Positions 11,071-23,116 of a stretch of 64,000 nt of DNA are shown piece by piece; positions within the stretch are counted from its first letter, which is position 1, and every line of letters starts with the position of its first letter. The notes beneath the pieces were generated by a model. That model saw only the letters and a list, made by a program, of their open reading frames with translations, did no database searches and was not told where the DNA came from. Source of the stretch: Glaucostegus cemiculus (Eukaryota); NCBI GenBank assembly GCA_976551045.1, contig CDPCPM010000010.1:37386001-37450000 (forward strand). The letters are read 5' to 3'. The position numbers were made by a program, and so were the translations under genes.

Positions 11071-11614
11071 TTTGCTTTTGGAATACGAAGGGAATTGATC
11101 TACCTGGGATGACCCGATAAAGTAACACTTTACAATAATGAATGGGGAAGACTGCACAGAAAAGATGATGACTGGAAATTAACCAAGAGGTTGAAGCTAC
11201 CTAAACTACTTTCAAAGAAGTATTCATAACGTCTGCAACATGCTTAAGCGATATGCTTGTAAAATTATCACAAGGTAGATAAAGCGTATATTGCAGAAAC
11301 TGTGCGCTAGTTTTAACACAGATAGTATTTCCGTAAATTTTAAATACCTTAGAAAACCGCAAACAAATCATGGCGGTTTCCAGGGCCCTTGGTAAAGTCA
11401 TTATATCAGTGCCATGGAGTTACATACAATTGCAAAGAACGAAATTCTTTGAAACGTCAATCCATAGAGCAATTGGACACCCTGATTCGAAACAGTATGC
11501 TTACTCAAATTGTAACTGTAATGTTCATTTCATCCCAGTACAGAAACTACAATGACCCGAGTTAACCAGATCAATGTACTTATCCAAATTAAATAGCTGG
11601 GGATTTCCTCTCTT

Positions 11615-14092
11615 TCAGAAGCACCTCACCTCAGTAGTTACATTGTAATTGGACACCTCAGGATTCATCATTCCAGGATTTTCTTTACCATCAGGTTTCT
11701 TCAGCGTATAATGCATTGCTGCAGGTAAAACATACGCTTGAGGGGTCGTGAAGTCTCTCTTCACGGACTGCAGTGTTGAACACGACTCGTAACGAAAACT
11801 TTGAGAAAGTGGATCACCTCCGAATACCTCAACATAGTTCGGTGGTATCTGAAGGCTTCTACTGGCTTTTTGGATTCCATTCAAAGAATTTCTTGATTCC
11901 AAACAACAACAGATATTCTGCGAACTGTATTGGCATCCCACACCATTTCTGTTTTCATAAACCTTAACAGCGAGGATAATTAAAATCACGAGGAAAATGA
12001 TAGACGTTGTCCCTAAAGCTATGACCAAGGAAAAGTTCGGATCGGGAGTGAACTCATAATTTTTAGAGAAACCGGTGGCACTGGAGATCGTTTCACTCCC
12101 TTTCACAGATAATTCTATGGTCATGGTTGCAGAGAGAGATGGCATTCCATTATCTCTTACAACAATCACCAGCCTTTGCTTTGAAGTATCCTTGCTCCGA
12201 ATACCACGGATAGTCCAAATTTCCCCCGTGTCTGCTGAAATAGTGAACAGATCTCGATGTGTAGCCTGAAAAATGTGATAGGACAGCTGGGCATTTAGAC
12301 CAGCGTCGGCGTCAGTAGCTGATACCTTGACAACAAGGTATCCAGGTTCTGCAAACCTGGATATTGTCTCCATTGCTGTTGATCCATATTGTGGCAAAGG
12401 ATTCACGATCACTGGGGCGTTATCGTTCTGATCAAGGATAACAATATCTATTGACACGTTACTGGTGAGAGGTGGGAGGCCAGAATCCTGCACCTGAACG
12501 TAAATCTTAAAATCTTTCAGGTTCTCGTAGTCAAAAGATGTCTGAGCAGATATGACACCGGTCTGTGAGTTGATGGAGATATACGAGGCAATGGAGGAAT
12601 CCTGAACCTGAGATGGCAGGATGGAAAAGTTCATTCGGGCGTTCTGTCCTTTATCCGGGTCAAAAGCAGTCAAGGAGTATATGGAAGCCCCAATGACGTT
12701 GTTCTCCATGACGTGCACCGTATGTACCGCCTGCGTAAAGCTCGGTGCGTTGTCATTTACATCTGTAACATCTACATGAATTGTTTCCGTTGATGTAAGA
12801 CTGGGGTACCCTGCATCCATGCATATTATGGTAATGTCATACCTGGAGGTAGTTTCGCGATCCAGCGGATGCTGTATAAGCAGTTTATAAAAGTTTTCCA
12901 CAGACAAATCCAGCCTAAATGGCAGTTTATTTGAAATTTCACATTGTACCTGTCCATTTTGTCCAGAATCTTTGTCATCTACGCTTAGTAGTGCCACTAC
13001 CGTTCCAATTGAGGCATCTTCTGGCAGTGTGCTTGACGTAGTTGTTGACGTTATGTCAGGAGAGTTATCATTCACATCCATAACATTCACCAGCACATCA
13101 CAGTGCTGGGGCATTGAGTCAGGACCATTATCGACTGCTTGTATATTAATCTCAAAAAATTTGCTTTGTTCATAGTCTAAGTGCCCTTTCAGTCTGATTT
13201 CACCAGTTTTGGAATCAATGCTAAACATTTCAAGAACATTTTTCGAACTATAGCTGCTGATCGAGTACGTTATATCTCCATTAGGTCCATCGTCCAAGTC
13301 AGTGGCGTTTAATGTAATGATCAGGGATCGTAAGGGAGCCGATTCCAACAAACTCACCCTATAAACCGACTGCGAGAAAACAGGAGAATTGTCGTTCGCA
13401 TCCTTCACTGTGACTGTTACCTGGACCTTGCCCGATCGCACAGGGACTCCGCCGTCTTCAGCTAAAAGCGTGAACTCGTGACTTGTTACTGCTTCTCGAT
13501 CCAAAGGACTCTGCAGCACCAACACCGGCAACTTTCCTTTCCCACTGCGTTCTTGTACATTAACAATGAAATATTCATTTGGATGTAGCTGATACGTCTG
13601 CAAAGTATTAGTTCCAATATCCGGATCGTGAGCGGCTTCGAGGGGGAACCGCGCTCCCGGTGCAATGATTTCGGAGATTTCCAGGCGGATCACGCTTTTG
13701 GAGAAACTGGGAGCGTTGTCATTTACATCGAGTATCTCCACTTCCACCTGGTGCAGACTGAGGGGATTTTCAAGCACAACGTTGAAGGATAAAACGCAGT
13801 CGGTGCTCGGCCCGCAAAGTTCTTCCCTGTCGATTCTTTCATTCACAAATAAAATCCCTTTCTCTAAATTTACCTCAACATAGCGCTTCCTCGGACTGGG
13901 CGCCACCCGCAAACTGCGAGCCGACAGCTCTTTTAAATCTAGACCCAAATCGATGGCGATATTCCCAACAAAGGCCCCTCGTTGCAACTCCTCGGGAACA
14001 GAATATCGAATCTGCCCAGAAACTAGATTCGAGATGGAGAACAAACAGCAAAACAGTTGGTATTTCAGCAGCCAATATATGTTATATCTCAT
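11615..14092 (-). CDS. Clustered protocadherin variable exon A2 (825-aa ORF; spliced exon ends at 11630)
   Basis: Signal peptide followed by GQIRYSVPEE, EC1 Cys-X5-Cys (LCGPSTDC), six cadherin repeats with DRE/DYE and DxNDNxP motifs, TM helix, cytoplasmic tail. Donor GAG|GTGAGG at 11630/11629. Confidence 0.95.
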   Translation of the reverse strand: MRYNIYWLLKYQLFCCLFSISNLVSGQIRYSVPEELQRGAFVGNIAIDLGLDLKELSARSLRVAPSPRKRYVEVNLEKGILFVNERIDREELCGPSTDCVLSFNVVLENPLSLHQVEVEILDVNDNAPSFSKSVIRLEISEIIAPGARFPLEAAHDPDIGTNTLQTYQLHPNEYFIVNVQERSGKGKLPVLVLQSPLDREAVTSHEFTLLAEDGGVPVRSGKVQVTVTVKDANDNSPVFSQSVYRVSLLESAPLRSLIITLNATDLDDGPNGDITYSISSYSSKNVLEMFSIDSKTGEIRLKGHLDYEQSKFFEINIQAVDNGPDSMPQHCDVLVNVMDVNDNSPDITSTTTSSTLPEDASIGTVVALLSVDDKDSGQNGQVQCEISNKLPFRLDLSVENFYKLLIQHPLDRETTSRYDITIICMDAGYPSLTSTETIHVDVTDVNDNAPSFTQAVHTVHVMENNVIGASIYSLTAFDPDKGQNARMNFSILPSQVQDSSIASYISINSQTGVISAQTSFDYENLKDFKIYVQVQDSGLPPLTSNVSIDIVILDQNDNAPVIVNPLPQYGSTAMETISRFAEPGYLVVKVSATDADAGLNAQLSYHIFQATHRDLFTISADTGEIWTIRGIRSKDTSKQRLVIVVRDNGMPSLSATMTIELSVKGSETISSATGFSKNYEFTPDPNFSLVIALGTTSIIFLVILIILAVKVYENRNGVGCQYSSQNICCCLESRNSLNGIQKASRSLQIPPNYVEVFGGDPLSQSFRYESCSTLQSVKRDFTTPQAYVLPAAMHYTLKKPDGKENPGMMNPEVSNYNVTTEVRCF

Positions 14093-14264
14093 TTCCAGGA
14101 GAAATCATTCCAATGGTTTCAACCCGAGACAAAGCCTTTTAACAGCGATGTAATTTAAATGGGACAGATACGACACAGAAAATATGTATACCTCCTTGCG
14201 ATTTAGTGGAATGTGTTCATTTAAATGCTCTCATGTTGCTGCAATTCGAAGTGAATCGTGCACA

Positions 14265-14435
14265 AATCCTCCGGAGCTGCTGGCTATCCAGTTTTCACGG
14301 CGTCTGATCTTACGCGATGGCGGCTGGGTACTGAAGGGGGCTGTGCAGATCACTTGGCACATCTTAGCTTTTGATTGGTAGACAACGTAACAATCGTATC
14401 TGATCAATCCGAGTGCAGTTAATTTCTTAAAGCAA
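14265..14435 (-). promoter_or_regulatory. A-type cPcdh promoter module (A2)
   Basis: CGGAGCTGCTGGCT; TGAAGGGGGCTG (14332-14343); TGATTGG (14372-14378); degenerate second box (TCAAT); TTTCTTAAAGC. Confidence 0.8.
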
Positions 14436-15942
14436 GAAGTGCACAATCTGGCGCAGACGTGGTAATATTTCTTGCTGCACAATTGAAATTTATTTCCACT
14501 GTTTGGATCTTTCAGATTTTTGAAAAATTTTTGATTTAGAACCGACGGTTCAAGAACAGCAGTCGTGCATAGCTTAATGGTCAAATATAAAGAAATGGCT
14601 TTGACTATCACGACTAAATGAAAGAACGTAACTCAGTATGTTAACAGCCCAGTTACTTTCATGCTCCATGTGTCATTATTCCATCATATTTTTCAAATTC
14701 TAATCATCAGTGAATTACTACTTTCGTAATACTATTGTTGCATCCGAGCAGCAACTATTACAAAAATAATGTATTGACTTGCTTTACCAAAATGAAGAAC
14801 CGGTTTCTGCATCATGCTCAAGTGACCTGTTTTTCATCATACTTTATCATCATTTCTGAAGCGTAATTAGTGTTACTTTATATCACCTAGTGTCCTCAGT
14901 GCTTTAATTAAACTTTATCCATAGTTTTCAATACTTGAAGAGCTTATGCACAAATGTCCGCCATTGTCTTTTCTAAAGCGAAAACGAATGTGACTGTCTT
15001 TCCATAAAATAATAATTTCTACCATTACCTTATTTTCAGTCTTAATATTCGACCGGTCCTGTTGCAGTGTTTTGACTCGAAATTCGACAATTCCCTTCCC
15101 TCCACGGATGCAGCCCGGCCAATATTTTGGCCAATTTTAAAATGTTTCCAAATACTTGAGTTCGCCAACAGATTGTTTGTTGCACTATGTTACATCATGC
15201 TAACTCATCCTGCCATGCGGATTACTAGCTAGGGTCCATACGGCAGCACTACGTCTGTAGATTGATCTTTTGCATTGTTTACTTGGATTCCACTTGAATT
15301 GTTTTTGGAATGGTCTCTGAATGCTGTCGGGGTTCAATATTTCTATCAGTGAGAATCATACAAACGCATTAATGCCAATAAAATAATTTATGGCATGAAA
15401 TATTTGTCTTTTATTAAAGAATAACAATACAAATATCTGAAACACAGAATTAATTGAGAACGTTAAAGGTAAACCAACCTGAACCTTGGTTTATGCTGTC
15501 AGAATATAGTCTCCAATGAAATCAGCGCTAGCTCGGATCATGTATCTGACATGACACAAGAACGAAATGGCTATTCACCTGGATAAATTTCTGTGCCATT
15601 CAGCAAGATACAGCTCAGTGGTTGGAGTCCACGTGGAATCCAGCAGCAATGGGAATTGACAATGTTCTGAATATATCAATAAGATTGAGCTTTATGCTTT
15701 TGAAAATGTGCTGAAAATCTAGGAATGCTTAATCCCACCGTTCTTTTCCAGTCCATTACCGTTTAACAGAGAATCTCACAAAGTCATGTTTATACTATTT
15801 CTAAAACTTACTTTGGAAATTTTAATACTTCTTCTGTTATAAGTAACATCATTTTTATACCAAAGGCATTGTGTCTCATTTCATTCAAGCAATGATTCAG
15901 TACTAAGACTTCCACACAAGAAGCACCAGTAGAGTTACAGCA

Positions 15943-18106
15943 ATCACGGTAACTATAGACTGCTTAACCACACGTCAGAGATAGGGAAGTTATTGAAGAG
16001 ATTTCTTAGGGAGAGGATTTAAGAGCATTTGGAAAATCATAGCCTAATTAGGGTCAGTCAGCATGGCTTTGTTCAGGGCAAGTCATGCCTTACTAACTTG
16101 ATTGAGATTTTTGACGAGGTTACGAGGGTGATTGATGAAGCTAGAACTGTGGATATTGTTTGTATAGATTTTAGTAGGGCGTTTGACAAGATGTCTCATA
16201 GGAGGGTTACTCAGAAGATTAAGATGCATGGTATCCACGGTGAATTGTCCGTTTGGATTCAGGCTGCCTTGCTCATACAGGACAGAGGGTCGTGGTCGAT
16301 GGAACTTATTCTAGCTTGAGCTCTGTGACTAGTGGTATTTCTCGGGGATCCACACTGCGACCTCTGCTGTTTGTGATAAAAGTAAATGACCTAGATGAAA
16401 ATGTACTAACTTGATTGAGATTTTGGGGTTAGTAAATGTGGGTTAGTAAATTTGTGGATAGTACGAAAATTGATGGTGTTATAGATAGCGTAGAAGACTT
16501 GCAAAGGATGCAGCAGGATATAGGTCAGTTGCAGACGTGGATAGAGAGCTGGCAGGAGTTCATCCCGGCGAAATGTGAAGTGCTGCACCTTGGGAGATCA
16601 AATCTAAAGAGACAGTATACGGTTAATGGCAAGTCTCTTAACAGTGTTGGTGAGCTGAGGGATCGGGGGTCCAAGTTCATAGCTCCCTGAAAGTAACTAT
16701 ACAGGTTGATAGGGTGGTAAAGAAGGTACATGGCAATCTTGTAGTCATTAGTCGAGCATTGAGTTCAAGAGTCAGGAAGTTATACTGCAGCTTTATAAAA
16801 CTTTAGTTAGGCCACATCTGGAGTATTGCATTCAGTTCTGGTCATCCCATTATATGAAGAATGTCGAGGCTTTGGCGAGGGTGCTGAAGAGGTTTACCAA
16901 GATGCTGCCTGGATTAGAGGGTGTGTACAATGTTACCGCCCTCACGAAGAAAGCTCAGAAACACCTCTACTTCCTGCGGAGACTGAGGAAAGTGGACCCC
17001 CATCCCTCCATCATGAAAACCTTCTATAGGGGGACCATTGAGAGCATCCTAACTCAATGTATCACTGTTTGGTTTGGAAGCTGCTCAGCTGCTGGGCGGA
17101 AGTCCCTCCAGAAGATAGTTAGGGCTGCGGAGTGGATAATAGGTGTCTCGCTTCCATCCCTCGCAGACATATACAAAGACCGTTGTGTGAGGAAGACCAA
17201 AAGCATAATGGCCGACCCTTCTCACCCCTCCCACCACCTCTTCACAATTTTGCAATCAGGGAGGAGGCTTAAATGTATCAGGGCAAGAACGACTAGGCTG
17301 AACAATAGCTTCTTTCCGCAAGCCATCAGAACTGCAAACTCTCTCATCCCTCCATCTTCCTTTGTTAACACTAAGAGATGCTAGATGCACAGAAATGCAC
17401 CAGCACTTTAAATGCCCGACACCAGCCCGTTCACTTTAATAACTATTTATTTATTTACCGGCCATTTTTAATTTAATCTGCGTACTAATTTAATTTTAAC
17501 TTCCGTAGCTTTTAATGTCTAATGTTTTGTAATGTTTATTCTGTCAAGTGTGTATGTGTGTCTCTGTTGGTTGTTATGTTATTTTATGGGACGAGCACCT
17601 GAGGAGGACGGTATCTCGCTCCTATGCATACTATGTATGTATATGGTTGTGACAATAAAACTGATTCTGATTCTGAGTTTGAACAAACTTGGTTTGTTCT
17701 CTCAGGAGCAGCGGAGGCTGAGGTGAGATCTGACAGAGGTTTGTAAGATTATTAGAGGCATAGTGGACAGCCAGTATCTTTTTCCTAGGCTTGAACTGGC
17801 CAATAACAGAGAACATGCATTTAAGATGATAGGGGGTAAATTCAAAGATGTGCAGGGCAGGTTTTCTTTACCAAGAGTGGGGGGTGCCTGGAATGCGCTA
17901 CGTGGAGTGGTGGTGGAGGCAAATGCGATAGAGGCATTCAGCCAGCTCTTAGATCGGCACATGAATCTGAGAGAAATGGTAGGATATGGACATTGTGTTG
18001 GCAGAAGGGGTTCGTTTAATTGGGCATTTTATTATTACTGTAATTGGTTCGGCACAACATTGTGGGCCGAATGGCCGGTTCCTGTGCTTTATGTCCTATG
18101 TTCTAT
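15943..18106 (+). mobile_element. CR1-type LINE, 5'-truncated and frameshifted, interrupted by a nested Rex-like LINE
   Basis: RT-domain remnants (GNYR..., SQHGFVQGKSCLTNLIEIFDEVT, DFSRAFDK, KCEVLHLGRSN) and a 3'UTR with a tatgtcctatgttctat tail. The empty site is visible in the paralog near 34155 (tacagca|ccagtcttta). Confidence 0.9.
16926..17675 (+). mobile_element. Rex1/Babar-like non-LTR retrotransposon 3' fragment nested in CR1
   Basis: Open frame KKAQKHLYFLRRLRK..FYRGTIESILTQCITVWFGSC..SGRR..RLNNSFFPQAIR, AT-rich 3'UTR, AATAAA and (ctgatt)n tail. CR1 sequence resumes at ~17676. Confidence 0.8.
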
Positions 18107-19067
18107 CGGTCTTTACGTGATACAATGTACAATTGCACAGAAACACTATGTCGATAAGGAGTGGGAAATCCAAATCAACTATTCCCACACCAGTATTTTC
18201 TCAATCATCAATATTGGATTAGCAGCTATTGTCAACGTGCCATCAGGAGACCAATTACACGTATACACAGTTGGTTCCATCAGGACACACAATTCCAGTA
18301 ACACAGCAGTTGTTTATCCAAAATTAACAGTGACAGTGATTGATCTTGACTGTGCATGGCATCAAAGAGCACCAAGAAAGTCAGAAGTGAAACTCTCCAC
18401 TTATCAGAAGTGCTGTTCATACAGAAGCTTAATTTTAACCATTTTGTTTATTGGAAGCAACACTGCATAGCTTGTTGCCCTCCAAGTAACGTGCCAGCAT
18501 GTTTTCGAAATAAACTACAATTTTATCATCATCACTGCATCTAAATCCTGGAATTCTTTTCCTGACGATATTAGTGAGAAATATCACAAGCAGGGCTGCC
18601 ATGGTTGAAGAGGTGTCTCCCCAGTAATCACTTCAAAATTAGAGATAGGTAAAATACAGCTCTGACCTGTGACATTCATGTCACAGAAAAAATGTTCACA
18701 AAGATACTATTAATCGTTAAAGATCTATAACTCTCAAACCAAGACGTCATCACTGCAATTAATCCTTGGAGCAGTGCTAGGTCCATCTCATACGCCAGGT
18801 AGTTTCTTTATGAGCTAGAGATTTGCTTTTAAACAAACCATCCTGATTTGCATTCAGTATTCCCTACATAATGAAGCAGTCTGCGGCCACTTGTTCTAAG
18901 TCCGAGACAATATTCAGGTTTTGACTATGTAGTGATTTAACATTCATCTTTTACGCAAATGTTGTGCAGTATCCATCTCCATAAACATGAAGAATCAAAA
19001 TACATTGCCATCATTGAACCCTCATCCTATTAACATTGAATGTACCTTTTAACAGAAACAACTGAAC

Positions 19068-19170
19068 AACACATTCTGAAAGACGTATGGGTAGGTTAAT
19101 TTGGGGGTTTTAAATGGGCGGCGTAGAAGGGGCCTGCTACCATGCTGTAAATAAAATTTAAATAAAAAAA
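19068..19170 (+). mobile_element. 5'-truncated SINE 3' fragment
   Basis: 'acattctgaaagacgtatgggtaggttaatttggg...gctgtaaataaaatttaaataaaa' matches the 3' half of V-SINE-like elements. Absent from the paralog at ~35.13 kb. Confidence 0.5.
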
Positions 19171-19625
19171 ATAACTTTGTACATAAATGCTATGTTGATG
19201 ACATGAAACCGAACGTTGGATTTCGGTGGGTTTCCTGCCGTCTTTTTGCCTGCAAGAGGGAGTAAATCAGCATTTTTCCAGAACATTCTCCAGTTGTCTG
19301 CATTCGGAACTCTGGCAACACTCACATATCTCAGCAATATTCGGCACAAAGCTCTCAGCAAGTTGAGCTGGGCATAAAATACCCGAAAAGAATTAGGCCC
19401 ACCACAGAATGCATTGGAAATATTCATTGATACTCTTTCAAAGATGTCTCCCAAATCCCTCCATCCAAGGAGTAAAAATAGACTTAACAGCATGATGAAT
19501 CCTATGTGGCATTAAGTATCACCATTTAGTACAAACAAAAACTCACTATTATAAATACTTTGGCTCCGATATGAAATCAGAGACTGTGTTTCTGTGAGTT
19601 TTGCAGCCTTTCTGTAGACTTTAAA

Positions 19626-20940
19626 ACATAGAACGAACACAGAAAGGTACAGTAATCATGTCTGTGCTGTCCATGGTACAAATTGAACAATCCCATCCGT
19701 CTGCACATGGCCCATATCCTCATATACCCTGCCTCTTCCTGAATCTGTTTGCATGCCTCTTAAACATTGTTATCGTATCTTGTCCTACTAGATTTGCATT
19801 CCAAGCATTTTCTGTGCAAAACTTGCCTCGAAAATCTTCTTTAAACTTTACCCATTTCACCTTAAACTAATGCCCTCTGGTCTTTGATATGTCCACCTTG
19901 GGAGCAAGACTCTGACAATCTACCCTATTTATGCCTCTCATAATTTTATTTATTTTTTTTGTCTGGTTTTCTTCCATGCACCAGAGAAAACAAACCAAGT
20001 TTGTCAAATCTCTCTTGCAACTTTTTCACTTTAATCCAGGCAACATTCTGGTAAATGTCTGTTGCATTCTCTCCAAAAACTCCACATCATTCCTGTAGAG
20101 TAGCCACCAGAATTCCATACAGTTTTCCAGATTTTGCCTAATCAAAATTTTACAAGTGGCAACATAGTTTCCCAACTTTTATTTTTATTGCCACAACTAA
20201 TCAATGAGGCAAGCATGTCATAGGGCTTCTTTATCACCATATCCTTCTGTGTTTCCACATGAAAGGAACTATGGACTACTACCGCAAGATCCCTCTATAC
20301 ACCAATAAGGGTCTGCCATTTAATAAACTGCTAAAGGTCTTGCCATTTATTTTGCATTTGACCACCTAAAGTGCAAACTGTCACACTTGTCCAGATTAAA
20401 CTCCACCTTCCATTTCTCAGCACTATTTCCAACTGATCAATATCTCATTGCATCCTTTAACAAACTTCTTCGTTTTCCATGTGTCCATCAATTTTTGACT
20501 CATTTAGAAACTTACCAATTAGACCAACTACCTTTTCATCCAGATGAAGGAAGCCTCAGTATTGATCCTTGCAAAGCACCACTGGTCACAGACCTCAAGT
20601 GGGACAAAGCACCAATCTATTACTGCTATCTTCTGTCTTGTACATCCAAGCCAATTTTCGATCCATTTTCCCAAATCATCGTGAATCTGGCGTGACTTAT
20701 TATTCTGGGCCTACCATGAGGTTTTTTTTCAAATGCTTTACTAAAGTCCATTTAGACAACATCTACTGCTTGCCCGCTTCAACCATCTTCATAATTTCTT
20801 CACAAAACCCAATCAAATTTGTGAGGCAGGACCTCGCCCATACAGAATCATGCTGATTATGCCCACGTTATCAAATGAGAGTAAATCCTGACCATAAGAT
20901 TCTTCTCTAATAATTTTTCACCAGAGATGCAAGGCAACGA
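19626..20940 (-). mobile_element. Old CR1-type LINE remnant predating the cassette duplication
   Basis: Antisense CR1 3' and RT signatures (aatccaggcaacattctggtaaat, aaatgctttactaaagtccatttagacaacatctac). Paralog at 35.55-36.26 kb plus 39.07-39.26 kb. Confidence 0.7.
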
Positions 20941-23116
20941 GCAAATCAGTATTTCGTTTGAATACTCGCCATTAATACTGGATCTAAAACTTCAAACATA
21001 TTCGGAAAACTCAACCATATTCTGGGCAAAACTTCCAACTTAATTCTCAGGGCATGATATTTCTTAGATGATCGTCCACTCCACCCGAGAATGTACCTCC
21101 ATATAGAACTTTTCCAGAGCATAGTCAATACTCCTACCATTTCCTTGCACTTGCAAGAGTAACAATCAACCTGCAGGACGATAAAAATCCATCAGCTTTC
21201 GCGTCATCTAGAAACTTACCAATCAGACCAACTATCTTTTCATCCAGATGACAGCCGCATTTTCCTGGTTTGAAAATGCCCCTTCATAATCACCAAGTCA
21301 AAACTCTGGGAGTCACTCCAAGAAATGAAGATTCGAGCAGCCTTACCATAAAGATTATGGTAGGTCAACAGATAATTCACAATCACTGGATTCTGATAGG
21401 CAATTGTATCTGGGAGAAAAGAAAAGAACTGGCTTTGCAATCCATTTGCAAACGCGGGCTACGAAGAAAAATATTTCAATTTCTGATGGCCCGACAGTAA
21501 GAAGGTTTGGAATATTCAAATGTTAAATCGTGGCATACAAGCCCGTTAAAATGTTTCGACCGGTAGTGAATCATGCTAAAGGCAAGCGCTCTCTACTTAC
21601 ATGGTTAATTGTTTGCGGAGAATTTCTCGCATGTTTATGTAAACATTGAAATTGTGCACGACCATAGTATTTGAGCATTAAACAAATTCATTTAAAGGGC
21701 CGTTGTATTTTGACGTTCCTATCAAGACTATCGTTTCCTCTCAGATCCTATCATTAAATGTTTTAATAAAGGACACCACTATGCCTTCTGCAAACAATAT
21801 TTTGAGGTGTTATCATTACTGTAGTTTGGAAATATCGCAGCCAGCTTCGGCATAGCCAGTCCCTCAAACAACCAGAATGACCAGAAAACCTGTTTTTTAC
21901 CCAAAGTAGTATTGCATTACCATGGATCACCGAGCTGCTTTTTTTCTGGAAAGAATATAAACGTGTTATCATGCCTACCTCGGAGAAGAAACGGTGTGCG
22001 GAAGCACCAACTCACGTAAAAGTCGTTATCTCGTATGGTATCACATTAGTACCAATTGCTTAGATTTTTGTGCTCGTCTCTAGACTAAATTTGAAACCTA
22101 TAATAAAGAAACATTGCGAATACTCAACAGACAAGTCAACATGCATTGATAGGTGAACGGTGTTAATGTTTTGGGCCAATGACACCATGTTGTTGAAAAG
22201 TGAGAAAAAAACATGTTTACGTGCTTAAGTATTGGGGTGAAAGATCGGGTGGGAGATGGTGAGAATAAAGTCAATCTCTGTGATAGAAAAATAATGTTGA
22301 GCATGTGTCAGAAAGCCATGTTGTGCCAAAGTTACGTCTGGATAATCTTAAATATTGCAGAACAAAATGAGGTCAATTGGTAAGAAGAAAAATGGTGGAA
22401 CTGTGAAGTCCAGAAGACACTAGTCTCTGGCAATCTGAAACAAAATAGATTACTGAATATACGTAGTACATCAGGGAGCATCTATTGAGAGAGAAAACAT
22501 GAGTTATTGTTGCAGATGCTATTGTTACGGCCTGCTTTAATACAACATAAAAATGGGAACGGGTTTACATTGCTCAACAGAATATTGAGTAACGAGGCGT
22601 AAAACTCGCAGAGACCAAATATATGGTTTTGTTACTCGAGCTGATGTTAAACTTCGTTGCAATAGTGAAGGTGCTAGTGAAGAATAGTGAAGGAAACTAA
22701 CGGTCACACTGACAGCCTAAACGGGAGTATTCTTCAAAGTGGTCACTCAATCGACATTTAGACCTGTTAATTTAAAAGAGACCACGTCGTGAGCACGGAA
22801 TACACTGCACTAGATTTGACGAAGAACAGGAGAACAATTATCCACCTGGGAGGTCTATTATCAACTGATCTACAGCTCAGGAATATCAGTAAACAGGATT
22901 AAAATGCCTCCAAACAGCCCAGAGATAAATGAAAAAATATTTTTGTTTCAGGATAATTGTATAGTTACTGTCCCATGAAACAACAAAAAAATTATGTAAT
23001 TTTGGAAATATACTGATCACAGAAACTAAAAATCCTGCACCGTATAAATTGATAAATTAATAACGCACAAAATACTTGTGTTTCCAAATAAAATCAATGA
23101 AGATTTGCTTCTCTGT

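Noticed and set aside
11615-14092. Assigning a specific gene symbol (PCDH10, PCDHGC5, or a delta/epsilon/mu/nu subcluster name)
   Set aside because: Orthology cannot be set without the constant exons and a phylogeny; only 'clustered protocadherin variable exon' is supported.
16854-17384. 176-aa ORF as a novel gene
   Set aside because: It is a chance in-frame fusion of a CR1 fragment and a nested Rex-like fragment, with no promoter or complete domain.
17763-18470. 235-aa ORF
   Set aside because: It is the CR1 C-terminus and 3'UTR reading through into spacer DNA; the paralogous spacer at 34.2-34.5 kb has no equivalent ORF.
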